Positions 11,826 to 25,292 are shown, counted from the first letter of the stretch. The stretch: 64,000 bases of DNA from Octopus sinensis (GCF_006345805.1 NC_042998.1:182156001-182220000), one strand, 5' to 3'. Numbers and translations are program-made. Notes: a model not told the origin generated them from the letters alone.

Positions 11826-13630
11826 CACATCGGCAAAAAAACAAAACAAAAAAGAAACAAGAAAAAACACGAATTTCCTCGAGATGTTCGTTCAGCATTG
11901 AGAGTTTTAAACACTCCTTTGACATTCTCGCTTTTAGCTATGAAGTGAACCTGTGATTGGCCCGTTAGAAACCTTTAATTAACGAAGTTCACAAACTGAC
12001 TTATAAGTTTCCTCTTTTCCTTCTCTTTCTCTCCCTCTATCTCTCTATTCATTTACATACACTTTATTATTTATATACTTAATTAATTTATGTTTACTGC
12101 CAGAAACACGTATGTCCGACGTATATAAATAGTGTAGCAAGATATTCAATAATGTTTGTGAAAATACATCGCATAGTTGAAGTTTCTCGAAAATACTCCA
12201 TAAATTATTAAATTGCTGTAAATGTGCGATATATTGATAGAGATAACGAGAGAGTTTAATACTGTCAGATAGATTTATATAGTGTTTAAATATGTCATTT
12301 GTACGTAAATATAATTGTAAGTTTTTGGCATGGTAAAATGTGTATTTTATTGCCTTTCTGTCAATCCTTCCTTCTTCCCGCGCTCTCCCGGTTTCTTTCT
12401 TTAACACAAACGCATACAGTGAAAAACCATATTTAATTACCGAAATAAAATTAGAGAATCGAATATGTTTGTCTAATTTTCTATATTATGTCACGAAACA
12501 TCAAGAATTTAACTAAGTCTATTGCTATTTTTATGAAATCAATTTATTCGCAAATATTGATCGTTGTTTTTTTTAATTATTTTTTACTTTGAATTAATAT
12601 TATTTATTTGGGAAAAGTGGATATCATAATGATTCCATTGTGAGTTAGTTGTAAACGATCGAGTGGTTGTGATTATCAGAGTTCTTATGGAAAAGCAAAA
12701 GGTTTCTAACTGAGCCCCAGTTAACTAACTTAAGCCAAAAGATAAAGCAATTGACCCGTAGATCTGTAATTCAGTATGGCACAAGTGGTTCACCGTCGTA
12801 AGAAGTAGGGGTCATTATAGTGCAGAAAATAGAGGTTAAGCAGTGAAAATTCTTACAACCATGTCTTCCATTTTTTGTTAATATGTTAGAAATAATACAG
12901 AACTGAACGGATTTAGCTGCTCTTGTGCACAACGACAGGTCACTGGGTGCAGTGAAAGAGAGAGGGTTTGATTCTTATGATAGATCAGACAAAGGCTAAT
13001 ACAAATACCTTAAGTACATAAGTAAAAGAATAAAGTAAAAATAAGTTAGTGTGCATACTTATTTTTAAAAATTAGCTTTCAAATATTATGAGATATTAAT
13101 TTTCTACTTAGCTATTTGGACTGATGGTAGCAGGTCGGTGGAAATAGTAAGTTGTGATGTTAATACTTTTCCGAGGAACATTAATGTTGTATGTAGAGTG
13201 AAAAGTTTGGTTTACTCTATATTCGTTTACCTCTATTGTATAGCATCACCAATATTGGTTTTTGACTCTAAAGGAAATATACAAATGTAGAGGAAAATTT
13301 ATAGTCGATGAAATGGCTACTTGTTATATTTTGGCATTTCTTTAATCAACGCCAGTATGATTACTTACACCCAAATGAATGCCCATCAGTGATCCATTCA
13401 AATGCTCTAAAATGGGAAGTGGTGCCGATTTCGGAATACGTCCGAAGACAAGAACTTGAATATGGACAGGACTACTAAAAATGTTAATGCAAAATGTTTT
13501 TGCGATTTGTCTTTCGGCTTATAAATTAAACGGATAAAGTTAGGGCGAGATAATTGATGATATAGGAAGAGAGAAGAGGAAATGATAACTCTATTTCGGG
13601 ACTCAACCCATCTATAACTTTTGTCTGTAG

Positions 13631-13746
13631 GCAGACAAGAGTTCAAAGTGGGTTACCACTTAAAATGTTTGTCTTGTCTTCTGCAAACATCGATTTACAA
13701 AAGTTTAGGCTGAACTTCACTCATGCCAACCTCACATATCTGGAAG
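13631..13746 (+). CDS. Candidate internal exon, product unknown
   Basis: TTTTGTCTGTAG acceptor and GAAG|GTAATT donor; open frame QTRVQSGLPLKMFVLSSANIDLQKFRLNFTHANLTYLE; no homology recognised. Confidence 0.25.
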
Positions 13747-13848
13747 GTAATTAGAAATTTTATCGCGTTGCTTTACTTTCTCTGTCTAAATTAGTTAGAA
13801 ACGATATAAAAATATCGAAGTATTGGAATCTTTATTAAAAGTTTTCTT

Positions 13849-14274
13849 GGATCTTTTCGGTTTGAACGGCAGTTTTTAAAAATAATTTCCACGTAACTAA
13901 TCACTTTTAAACTTCGTATACTGGTAGAATGTATTTATAAAACATCTTTTTCTCTTGGCTTTCTTGAGAAAATTCTATAGTTTGTAAGATATTTGTTGTT
14001 TTTTTTTCTTAAATGTCTGCAATTTCAACCAATCGATGACATCTATTGAGGTAAAGAACATTCTATGCCGTATGAATATGCCCCTCATTTAAAAAACAGA
14101 TTGGGTTTATTTACATTTGTTAAGGAAAAAAGATACCCTTTCCCCCCACTCCTAACCCTAACCCTAACCCTAAAAGAGATTGAAATGCAATAGATCGATA
14201 CTAGGGTCATAATTATGGGTGACAATTTCATATGACACCGCTAGAAAAAACTGCCGTTCAAACCGAAAAGATCC
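13849..14274. mobile_element. MITE M (GGATCTTTTCGG TIRs), copy 1
   Basis: TIRs about 27 bp; 8-bp TSD GTTTTCTT. Confidence 0.92.
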
Positions 14275-15569
14275 GTTTTCTTTGAACAACATATCCAAGA
14301 ATCATGTTGCAACTGAATTTGGAGGCTGAATTAATTCACGCTCGTAAGCGAGATCTTCCCTCAAATGAAATAACAAAGTTGATTAAACACTACTTGTACA
14401 TAAGTTTCTTTAAATCGGTCTATTGAAACACTTGATAGCTCTCACAATGTTTTCTTCATATTTAGTAATAAAAGAAAGCGTCTCATTTTACCCTTCGAAA
14501 TGGTAATTAATGGAAGGCTTAGTTGTGAATTAACAGTTGCTACTGTACTAACAATACTACACATGTGACTCCAAAGTCGTGTTTTGAATGGTTCAGGAAA
14601 CTTTAGCTAATATTCAACTAAAAGAAACATGATTTTGGAAATCTAGTAGACATTAGGACTGGTGTAGTAAAGATATTGAAATAAATTTTGTCTTAGATCT
14701 GACCCTGATATATAGCAATTTTTAATTTTGATACAAGCACATATATTTGAAGTGATGTTACTCAGTAATATAGTATCTGAACAAATTCTGGCACATGACT
14801 TATACTTTCATTTATCTATGATCCAATGTTGCGTATAATGATAAACAAAGGCGTAAGCTCTAGCAGAATTCGAATTCAAAATATAAAGGAACGTAACTAA
14901 ATACCTCAATACTACCAATCCACTGCCGCTTTTAAAAATATAAAAATGATACTCAGAAAAAAAGAACAACAAAAAGACTGTATAGCTTCAATTACTTCTC
15001 TGATACCAAGGATAAGAGAAAGCAGAATACTGGATTTACGGAGGGAGTAAAAGGGGGAAAATATTGAAGATAAAACAGTAATTTATCTTACATAAGGGTG
15101 AGTCTGGAACGGTTATTGGAATGATCCTTTAAAAGCTACAATAAAATAACGAATACTTATAAATATTCCTAAAATTATTTTTCTGAAGACGAGTTACTTT
15201 CATTAGATGTAAGTCTCTGTCATGTGGAAGCGATTATTGACGTTGTTAATGCTTAGCCTTACATAAGTTCTGATCGAGCGGACAAATAATCAAAAACGTT
15301 CAATGAGGTCACTCACACGGAAGAACTTACGTCGCTTGAAGTTCTCAGAACGAAGATAGACATTTCAAACTGAGATACTGTAACAAACCACCTATCATTG
15401 ATGCTGTGATATATTAGCAGCTGTTATTGTTGAGTACTGTGTAGCACCAGGTCAGCCCTGGCCGAAAAGACCAATGCCATGGTGGTAGTCGATCGAAAGT
15501 CTGGGCAAGATTTACAGATCTATAGTTCTCGATATTATATGCATGCTCACTAGTTGTGAATATTTCCAT

Positions 15570-16345
15570 TTAGTTGAGATCGTCTCCATTAAATTGAAGA
15601 TGCCTTCAGCAAGTTGAAGATCCCGTCTCCAGCTAGTTGAGGATGACTTCAACTTGTTGAAGATGCCTTAATCTAGTTTAAGAGTGGCTGTGTGGTAAGT
15701 AGCTTGCTTACCAACCATATGGTTCCGGGTTCAGTCCCACTACGTGGCACCTTGGGCAAGTGTCTTCTACTATAGCCTCGGGCCGACCAAAGCCTTGTGA
15801 GTGGATTTGGTAGACGGAAACTGAAAGAAGCCCGTCGTATATATGTATATATATGTGTGTGTGTGTGTATGTTTGTGTGTCTGTGTTTGTCCCCCTGACA
15901 TCGCTTGACAACCAATGCAGGTGTGTGTACGTCCCCGTAACTTAGCAGTTCGGCAAAAGAGACCGATAGAATATAAGTACTTGGCTTACGAAGAATAAGT
16001 CCTGGGTTCGATTTGCTCGACTAAAGGCGGTGCTCCAGCATGGCCGCAGTCAAATGACTGAAACAAGTAAAAGAGTAAAAGAGTAAAGAGTACATATCCA
16101 GTTAATTGAGAATACTCCCTAGCTAGTTGTGGATACTTTCAGTTAGTTGAGGATATATCTCTATTTAGTTGAGGATACCTTTACCTAATAGAAGATACCT
16201 CCAACTAGTTGAGGATATCTCCAGCTAGTTGTGGATACCTCCAGTTAGTTGCGGATACCTCCAGTTAGTTGCGGATACCTCCAGTTAGTTGCGGGTACCT
16301 CCAGTTAGTTGTGGTTATCTTATTTTAATTGAGGATTCTTCTGAA
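15570..16345. repeat. About 20-bp minisatellite (GGATACCTCCAGTTAGTTGC), interrupted by a SINE
   Basis: Homogeneous units near 16245-16310; degenerate units at 15570-15680 and 16095-16345. Confidence 0.8.
15680..16092 (+). mobile_element. SINE family A
   Basis: Near-identical to 2311-2734. Confidence 0.88.
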
Positions 16346-17123
16346 TAGCTGAACATAGAGTGGTGGTTATTTAATCCAGGATCATTCCTTATATAGTAAA
16401 CAGAGCTGTGTGTATCAAAGGTTATAAGGGGTAGTCCAACCTAAGTTTATACAGTATTTTGTTGCAGAATTGCGTATCTCGGATAACGTAATCCAGTGTC
16501 TCCTTTTATGCGTCAATAGGGAATGGTTTAGGAGAGATTTGGCTCCAATTTCTATCAAGTTAAGCGACTATGGAAAGGTCCCCTTCAATGTATTCAGTTT
16601 ATAAGAACATGGCGTGTTGTGTCTGTATGAGTTGTAAGAAATGATTTTCTCTAGGGAGTAGTTTGATGACGGTCAATGATGAAAGCAAAATATTTGGGCA
16701 AGTCATTAGATACAACTGACTGCAGTGGTTTGTGATAATAGAATATCAATTAATATAATGGCGCTATCAATTAGTATAACCACAGGGCGTCTAAATGACA
16801 AGTCACGCTTTGAGTGTGGTGGAAGTTGAGAGAAAGGAAACGTAGGAAGAAATGGGAGAAATAGAAAGGGAAGAGAACAGGGGAAAGGGACATTAAAATG
16901 GAACGAGATGAGGAAGAAGAACGGAAAGAGAATGCAGAAAGAGAGAAAAGCAAACAGATAGATAAGATAGACAACAGAAACAAAGTGAGTGATTGCTGTG
17001 TTAGAAAGTGATAGGATGGGAGGGTGAGAGACGAAAAATAAGTTAGGTTGACAGAAAGTTTGAGTCGTGGAAAATGGAGGATGAGAAGAGTGACAAGCAG
17101 TAAAATGGAAAGACTGATAGAAT

Positions 17124-17126
<3 letters not shown>

Positions 17127-17173
<47 letters not shown>

Positions 17174-17195
17174 AAAGAGAGAGAAAGAGAGAGGA
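17127..17195. repeat. (GA)n microsatellite in a long purine-rich tract
   Basis: Direct inspection. Confidence 0.9.
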
Positions 17196-17534
17196 AAGAT
17201 TGGAGAAAGTGTGAATGTTAGAGAAGAAAAGAAATAGAGAAATTGAGCAGTCGTTTTCAATTCTAGATTGAAACCATCTCACCTAAATTATGTTATTTAA
17301 TGTCCTTAGAAAGGGTCAGAACATTGTTCCCTCCCATTTCCACTTTCTTAAGAAAAGAACATATTCAAAAGAAAATGTAAAATGCAAATGAGCAGGTTCT
17401 ATTCTGTTCTGGAGAATGAAGATGTTTATTTTTACAGTCAATAATACAACAGATAACATTTTAAATTATAACATTTAAATATAAAGAAGCAAAAATAGAA
17501 AGATAAAAAAAACGAAAAAGAAAGAAAAAGAGGA

Positions 17535-17850
17535 GTGGTGGTAAAGCAGCAGAAGATGGAGCGGGAGGGGGCGATGGACAACGTACCCCCAGAACGAATT
17601 GTGTGTTCAGCAATAATTGCGCCCCGCAATAATCACTGCGATGGCATAGCCGCAGAGAATAATGGTCCAGAGAAACTCGTTGCAGCAGCTGCTCCACCTT
17701 GCGGAGCTTATTTTTCAGATGGTCCTCCGTTATCCCAGTTTTGTGAAGGAAATCGGAAGTACGTGGTTCGAGAACACCTGACGTCTCGGTGGAGAATAAA
17801 GCGCATTCTCAGTCAAAGGCAATCTCATCATTATAAAACACAATGAAAAA
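17535..17850. other. CpG-richer unique segment with open frames on both strands; possible exon
   Basis: Plus-strand ORF of 103 aa; minus-strand splice-bounded open frame at 17587-17777; undecidable from sequence. Confidence 0.3.
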
Positions 17851-18239
17851 CCGTCACCATCACGTCCTGCTAGAAATAGCAGTCAACTCTCCCATCAACA
17901 ACCGCATTTAGTACTTCATTATTTAGTCCTCTCTCTGCTTTGTTGTTATGAAGCAGAGAAAGTACTAAGTATTTTGCTCGGAATTTAATAAATTCAGTGA
18001 CTGGAGATTACAGCCGACATCTTATCTATTTAATTTTCAAACACAAGAAGAATGAGGAAAATTGAAACCTGATTAGAAATAATGGTTCTTAAATTGAGTT
18101 CTACCTGGGCATATGCATATTCAAGAATAAAACACACGATGACGATCGGAAATAAAACGACTGAAATGTAGTTTAAATATAAATATTATTCCAGTCCAGA
18201 GATCTTGATGTCATCATTCATTTCTTCTCTATGTTTGTC

Positions 18240-18730
18240 AGGTCTTACCTTGAATATCGCTATAAACTACGCGTGCGCGCACACATTGTAAGAATTGAAA
18301 TAGCCCAGAGAGTGACCACAAAAATACATAAATGGCATGATAGGCCTTGACTTGTAGGATCAGTTCAAAATGCTCAACTTTATTATCTCCAAAGTTACCA
18401 TTATTTGTACATCGAGGAAAATATTCCATCAACATTGTACAAACGATGTCAGAATCAAGTTCACAAGTCACCTAAGGCTTGATCCGAAAGCCAGATGCTT
18501 TCTACAAAAATTGAGCTTACATCACTTAACACTGCGACACAATTTTTCTACTTTAACGGGTCTTGCGTTGTTCAACATTATTTCGAGGGAAATCAAAGAC
18601 GAAAAAGACCCTATTTACTTCAAACGGTACCTTGACATGCTCCTTCAAGAGGTGCCAGACAAACCACAAACACCCGGCCACATCTCGGCAAATAACAACT
18701 CCCTACTTGAGCGGGTTATGATGTCCTAAA
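18240..18730 (+). pseudogene. CR1-group LINE ORF2 C-terminal fragment
   Basis: GLALFNIISREIK..FKRYLDMLLQEVPDKPQTPG..NNSLL matches the typical CR1-like C-terminus pattern. Confidence 0.65.
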
Positions 18731-19351
18731 ACATGACTTACATAAAGGCCAATGTCTATCTGAGTTATCTTAGTTAATATGCTCTTTAATGATAGGGGCT
18801 GATTTTTTAGGGTTATTACAAGGATAAATGTCTGAGAAACACTTGCAGGAGAACTAATAAAGGAGTTGGTAGTTAAAAGTATCTGTAAATAGTTGAATAG
18901 TGAAGTGAAATGGATACAATCGGGAAAGGAAACCGTCTTTATTACTATTCTTTTACTATGATATTATTTTTAGGCATAGAACCCGTGTTCTTAAAGAAGA
19001 TGGTAATAATCTAATTGGTTCTGATATACAACTGGTATATATTCAAGCGGCTCTAAGAGGATGAAATATGAAGAGTAAAGGTTACATATAGTCCAACGTA
19101 CTATTTTTACTGTTTCTATATTTGCAATTTTGCACATTTGTGACAAGGCGCAAAACTCCGAGATACTTTAAGGGAGGGAAATGGTAAGTCTTTATCTGAA
19201 ACACAAGTGGCATGAAATGACATCGAACAGGTATTGAAACCATATCACCATCTCCGTAACCCGATAGTTTACCAATTGTTCTATAGGTCTCTCTACCTTT
19301 ATGATAAAATATTTACAATGAGAGAAGATGGTGGGCTGATAGAATCGTTAA

Positions 19352-19545
19352 CTGACTAGGCAAAATGCTTCGCGGCATTTCGTCCGTCTTTACGTTCTGA
19401 GTTGAAATTTGGCCGAGGTCAACTTTGCCTTGCATTCTTTCGAGGTCAATGAAATAAGTACCAGTTGAGCACTGGGGGCCAATGTAATCGACTGGCCTTC
19501 TCCTCTGAAATTGCTGGCCTTGTACCAAAATTTGAAACCAATATT
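19352..19545 (+). mobile_element. SINE family B' (alternative tail), 5'-truncated
   Basis: B body with tail GAAATTGCTGGCCTTGTACCAAAATTTGAAACC. Confidence 0.75.
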
Positions 19546-20556
19546 TACAATGAGTCAAAAAGAAGAGATTTTACGTAGTCACTCGATCGACAATGAAACC
19601 TTCCTCAAATCACAATTGATAGTGCAGCCCTATATATTTTATATCTGAAAAAAAAAAGACCCCAACAAAACAGAAACAACACACAAACAAAAACATATAA
19701 GATGGACACGCCTGGGATTTAGATTTACTTGATTAGAGCTAAACTGGAGACGACGAAGGTGACGACTACCACAACCACCGCCTCCACCATCGCAGCAATA
19801 ACAACGCTCAAGATATTAACTGCTTATATTGATCCTTTCTACAGATTGAAGGCTCCATTTGCAAGTGAGTGGGGTTCGAATGTCGAGAATTAAATCAATC
19901 TCATCTCATAAATAGCTTCACTTTATTATATTGAGATTCGAAGCGATGAAATGCAAAGTCAACGCTGACTGGATTTAGACCCAGAAAAAATATGGGAACA
20001 TAATTGAATACTTATTAAAAGACATTTTGTCCAACGCTCGAATATTTCTTCCCAAATCTCCACCCATTCTATGATTACAGTGCTGAAGTGTAATATGAAC
20101 ATAATGACTGATTGAATAAGGTACTCAAATCTCGTTGCGCTGATTGTAGGTTCATTGCGTTGTGCTTTTCAAGCATGTAAAGTACACTTCACTTTAAATT
20201 TTCATTCAAGCAATCAATATTCCAATGGAAATGTATAGTTCCTGTCTGGGTAAGAGAAAGTTAATCTTTGTGGGGGTTTCTTAATCATTCATGGTAAATA
20301 AAAGCTGAGAGAATAGGCTGGTAATAGTGCTTGAGAAATTTATGCTGAAGTTGGTTGTTCTGTTTTTTTTTTCTGTAAAGGTTCTGTTGTTGATGTTGGA
20401 ACCACTGGTGCTGCTTTCAGCAATATTAGTCAGGATGTTGTTCGTATTGTGGTTGTATATATTTGTCGATACGCGTGTGCGAGTATATACATACATACAT
20501 GCATGTAAGGTGTTTTGTATGTTTTTACACACAAACACACACATGAATGTATGTAT

Positions 20557-21062
20557 ATTATTATTCAGTTAATTTCAAGATTTCTTACCAATTGAGATAG
20601 AATCGGTTTCTAACCTAGCTCTAAGACTCCTTCATTGGAATCTCAACAACAGTGTAAGTATGTATGTATGTATGTATGTATGTATGTATGTATGTATGTA
20701 TGTATGTATGTATGTATACATGCATGTATGTATGTGCAGATTTGTACGTTTTGTGTATATATTCTCATGCCTATAGTTACATATCTAGACGTGCTCCTAT
20801 AGATTTAAATGATAAACTTCTGGAAAGTTTTACAGATGTTTACAGTTTCAGTGATGGATTGGATCTGTAGTTTTGAATTGGCTCTCTTCTTTTTGCTTTT
20901 GAGAAGCCTAATTTCTCAAGATTGGTATTTAGGCAGTCTGTTACATATACCAGAGCCCTAATAATTACAGGTATAAACCTGAAGTTGTAATCTGGATAGA
21001 GTAACTGCAGATTTCTCAATAGTTCAGCATAGTTGTTCTCTTTTCCACAACTGTGCACAGTT
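20557..21062 (-). pseudogene. 3' end of an RLE-type (R4/Dong/HERO-like) non-LTR retrotransposon
   Basis: KENNYAELLRNLQLLYPDYNFRFIPVII..LEKLGF then VNICKTFQKF, matching a restriction-like endonuclease C-terminus; 3' UTR ends TGAATAATAAT and is split by (TATG)n. Confidence 0.6.
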
Positions 21063-21559
21063 TCTCCTCTCTATCCCAGGTTTGTTGTGCTTATGTTTTA
21101 TTGAGGTCTTCACTGGTACATTCCACCAATATTCCGCTTTATTATGAGTGGCTATGGCGTTTACCATATTGTGTGTTTTTATTTCTTTGTCCTCGGGATT
21201 ACCCTTACGATGAATTTTATTATAGAATTATATATATATATATATATTATATATATATATATATATATCTATATACATACAAGTATGTTTTGATACACAC
21301 ACACACGCACACGTACGTATATATGATATGTAAGATATATATTAGGTGTTTAGATAACTTGATATTAATTTGTGTCCTAGACTCCATCTTATCTTACTAT
21401 AATGGGCGTTATGATTTTAATCGTATAATTTGTGGCCCCATCGTAGATACGAAGGGGATCGCAAGGATGGTTAATAGCGAAAATAAAATGGAAAAAGTGT
21501 GTGTCAGTATATAGTGTGTGTGATTAGTGGTTATTGAAGTGTGTCTGTTTGAGCAGGAT

Positions 21560-21886
21560 TCGAAACGGCTAATCGAAGCAGCAGTTGTTTACATCTCAGT
21601 TTTGTCAATCAAAATAACCCATGGCACCAGAGCATCAGACATTGTTCGCATAGAGCAGTGAGAGGTGAGTCTCAGTTTGATTTTTTGCAACCCTAAAGAT
21701 TCTGCTCGCGTATTCACGGCAAACAAGGCACAGGGCCAGAGTTTCGATCGTGTTGGTGTATTTTTACCCACCCCGATGTTTACATACGGCTAGTTGTACG
21801 TCGCTACGGGTAGAGCAACGGACTCCAGTAATTTGAAAATTAGTGTCGACCAAACAGAAAATATCGTCCACAAAGAAGTTTTGTAA
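21560..21886 (+). pseudogene. Helitron PIF1-type helicase C-terminal remnant
   Basis: 21710-21886 = VFTANKAQGQSFDRVGVFLPTPMFTYG*LYVATGR..TENIVHKEVL*, like the Helitron motif TINKSQGQ..HGQLYVA and terminal NIVYKEVL. Confidence 0.8.
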
Positions 21887-22574
21887 TCATATTGATATTA
21901 TACGAAAGGAATATGATTCATATAATTTAAATAAGGAAATTTGTGAACTTTGAGTGCATAAGAGTATAAATGAGCGTAATATAGTGTAAACAACTAAAAT
22001 AAAAGTATATCTAAATAACATTTTTTTCTCAATACTTTTTTTGTAGTGGTCGAAGGAAGCTTTGACTTTCGTTAGGAATGGTCCACATAACCATTCATGA
22101 TACAGAGGCTAGGATCCTATTTCTGTTCGGGTGTGAATCGTCATCACATGTCATTTTGTCGCAAACCCGTCATATAGCTGCAATAGAATGCTGTATCATC
22201 AACAATAATGTAATTTCTCTAAGGCGTCACCCAGTAATCTATCAAGTCCATTTTCGAATTTCTCAATACATACTGCTGTTATGACTTCCCTCCCTCATTT
22301 TATGCTTCCATCGTATATGGGCAGAGTTGCTAGTAACAATGATACGATGTCTTTATATACCGTTTGTTCAGCATTTTCAACAAGACTTTAGTACTCCAGT
22401 ATGAATCACTGACAGGCAATTGTTGTCGTATGTAGTTTTATTGCTGCCCATGTCTCTTCCGAAGGCCGTTCAGAGAAATCAATATAGGCTATGGCTAGGA
22501 ATCGAAACCGGATCTTAGAATCAACCATATGAATTTTTATTTTTAATTCTAAAGCAATAATTCTCTCTGCCTGA

Positions 22575-22750
22575 AAATTCTTGGGGAGAGTGTCAGTCGA
22601 TTACATTGACCTCATCGCTCAACTGGCACTTAACCTATCGACCCCGAAAGCATGAAAGGTAAAGTCGACTTTGGTGGAATTTGAACCTAGAGAGAGAAAT
22701 ACTGCTAAGTAATTTATCGGGCATGCTAACGATTCTACTATCTCGCCACT
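22575..22750 (-). mobile_element. SINE family B', diverged
   Basis: ATCGACCCCGAAAG..AAAGTCGAC..GAATTTGAAC block. Confidence 0.65.
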
Positions 22751-23553
22751 TCAACCAAAAAGGAAAAATGATATTTAACATTTGACGCATATAATGACGA
22801 CAGAGTTGATTTATTAGGCTCCACAACATGAATGGTTTTTATTTTATCAATGAAAGATAAAAGGAAAAGTCAATCCCAGCGAGATTTGAACACAGAACAT
22901 AAAGGGAGCTAATTTGTCTACCACAGAGCACCCTACTGTTCCAGCTATTTCCCAATACAACAGTAGAACATTATGACCGATTTAGCCAACAGCATTACTG
23001 AAATAACCTTCTAGCAGTAATGATATGTGTCAAGACAAAAGTTGCTGTTTGTTTTTGCTTATTAATCTCGTGAACGTAGCCTCAGTTATAACGTTTCTTA
23101 TTCTCTTTCATCCTCGGCCAATGATTAATTAGTAAGGAATCCTATTACGAACAAACTCTGTCTCACACACACACACACATAAAGGGGTCACATCCACAAT
23201 TTATTCATCACTCCTTCACTACACGCGCACACACATGCGAGCGCACTTACAGTATCCATGCCATCTTTACCACACTCACGCACACATTCTTTTTTGAATA
23301 AAAGATAAAATACGTAGAAAATAATTATATAATAAAACGATATTTAATTGTACTACAGATTGAGTTCTTTATCAAATCGTTTAATGTGATTTAAAAATGA
23401 TCTCTCTGTTAAATACCGAATCCAACTCTGTATCTCTTGAAATGTGGGCGCATTTCAAATTTCGTTTACAAATCTTTAAATTATATGGAGCTGAGTCAAC
23501 TTGTTATTAAAGATATGTGAAAATCAATACACATATACATATGTACATGAATA

Positions 23554-23969
23554 AGATCTTTTCGGTTTGAACGGCAGTTTTTTCTAGCGGTGTCTTATGA
23601 AATTGTCACCCATAATTATGACCCTAGAATCGATCTATTGCATTTCAATCTGTTTTAGGCTTAGGGTTAGGGGTAGGGGAAGGGTATCTTTTTTTTCTTC
23701 ACAAATGTAAATAAACCCAATCTGTTTCTTAAACGAGGGAATATTCATACGGCACAGAATGCTTTTTAACTCGATAGACGTCACTGATTGGTTGAAATTG
23801 CAGAAATTGAAGTAAAAAAACAACAAATATCTTACAAACTATAGAATTTTCTCAATAAAGCCAAGAGAAAAAGATGTTTTATAAACACATTCTACCAGTA
23901 TACGAAGTTAAAATTTTTTTAGTTACCTAGAAATTATGTTAAAAACTGCCGTTCAAACCGAAAAGATCC
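23554..23969. mobile_element. MITE M, copy 2 (opposite orientation)
   Basis: TIRs; TSD CATGAATA/CGTGAATA. Confidence 0.9.
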
Positions 23970-24040
23970 CGTGAATACATACATACATACATACATACAT
24001 ACATACTGCCAGTTCATATATATATATATATATATATATA

Positions 24041-25292
24041 TTGGGTCGAGGAATAATTCACGAGCATTATCTTTTTTTTTTTTTTTCAGATTTAAAATTC
24101 GCAGAAACAAAACGCATTGCAAAATGTTTTGTTATTTAAAAGAGAACTTTTTGCTCTATTGTATTCGGTGTTTTGATCTTTTAATTTTATTGATTTTTGT
24201 TTATTTTCAGATCACTAAAATGGAATGTCAAGTGGGCAAGACTGAGTATTTCAGGCAGAGAGAATTATTGTTTTAGAATTAAAAATAAAAATTCATATGC
24301 TTTTTGCATTTAATCGAGGTGTTAAGGCCGCCGAAGCAGCTCGTGAGATTTGTGCTAGTTTTCGCGCTTCAAAGACGGATCGCACAGCGGTCGACGAACT
24401 GAGTTCGATGAAGAGCGATTGAATCAATTTCTTCACGAAAATCCATGTCAAACGACCAGAGAATTGGCAGAGCAGATGGATTTTGATAAAAAAAAAAAAA
24501 CTGTGGTGAATCACCGTCACTCAATGGGTAACGTTCAGAAACTTAGCGTTTGGGTGCCACACATTTTGAGCGAAAACAACAAAAATCAACCCTCCACAAT
24601 CGCCGCCAATTTGCTCGCTCGACATCGCTCAACACGTGGTCACAAACAGCGTTTTCTTTACCGCATTGCCACTGGCGATGAAAAATGGTGCCTTTACGTC
24701 AATATGAAGCAGCGAAAAGAATAGCTTAACTCCGACAAACAAGCGACTCAGTGAGCAAAAAAGACCTTCATCCTCGAAAGATCATGTTGTGCATATGGTG
24801 GGACTGGGAAGGCATAGTTCATTACGAACTGCTTGTGCTCAATACGAAGCTCTACGTTCAAAAACTGCACAGACTCAACGAAGCAATTCAGCAAAAAAGA
24901 CCGTATAGGTGAAATGGTGTTCTTCTGAAACACATCGCCAATATGACCAAAGCCACGATTCAAGTACTCGAATTGGAAGTGCTGCCTGGTCCTCCATACT
25001 CTCCAGACTTGGTGCTGTCATATTTTCATCTCTTTTGACCGGTTTCGCATGCTTGGCGCGGTGATCAATAATGACGTGGAATTGAGGACTTGGTTGGATG
25101 AATTCTTTGAGTCAAAACCGGGAGATTTCTATTGCCGAGGCATCGAAAAACTTATTGAACAGTGGGAGGAAGTCGTAAACAACAACGGAGAGTATATTAT
25201 TGATTAATTTGTTGTAGTTTTTTTGTTTAAAATAAATCTGAAAAAAAAAATGAACAAAAAAAAAACCGCTCATGAATTATTCCTCAACCCAA
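24041..25292 (+). mobile_element. Full-length mariner (Tc1/mariner), transposase disrupted
   Basis: 25-bp TIRs with 2 mismatches, TA on both sides; ATG at 24220 (MECQV); WVPHIL, TGDEKW, YSPDL and NNGEYIID* (25207) across stops and frameshifts. Confidence 0.92.

Noticed and set aside
14150-14172. (CCCTAA)n as a telomere or fusion scar
   Set aside because: Only a few units, and part of MITE M in every copy.
16095-16345. CRISPR-like array
   Set aside because: Contiguous tandem units with no unique spacers, in eukaryotic DNA.
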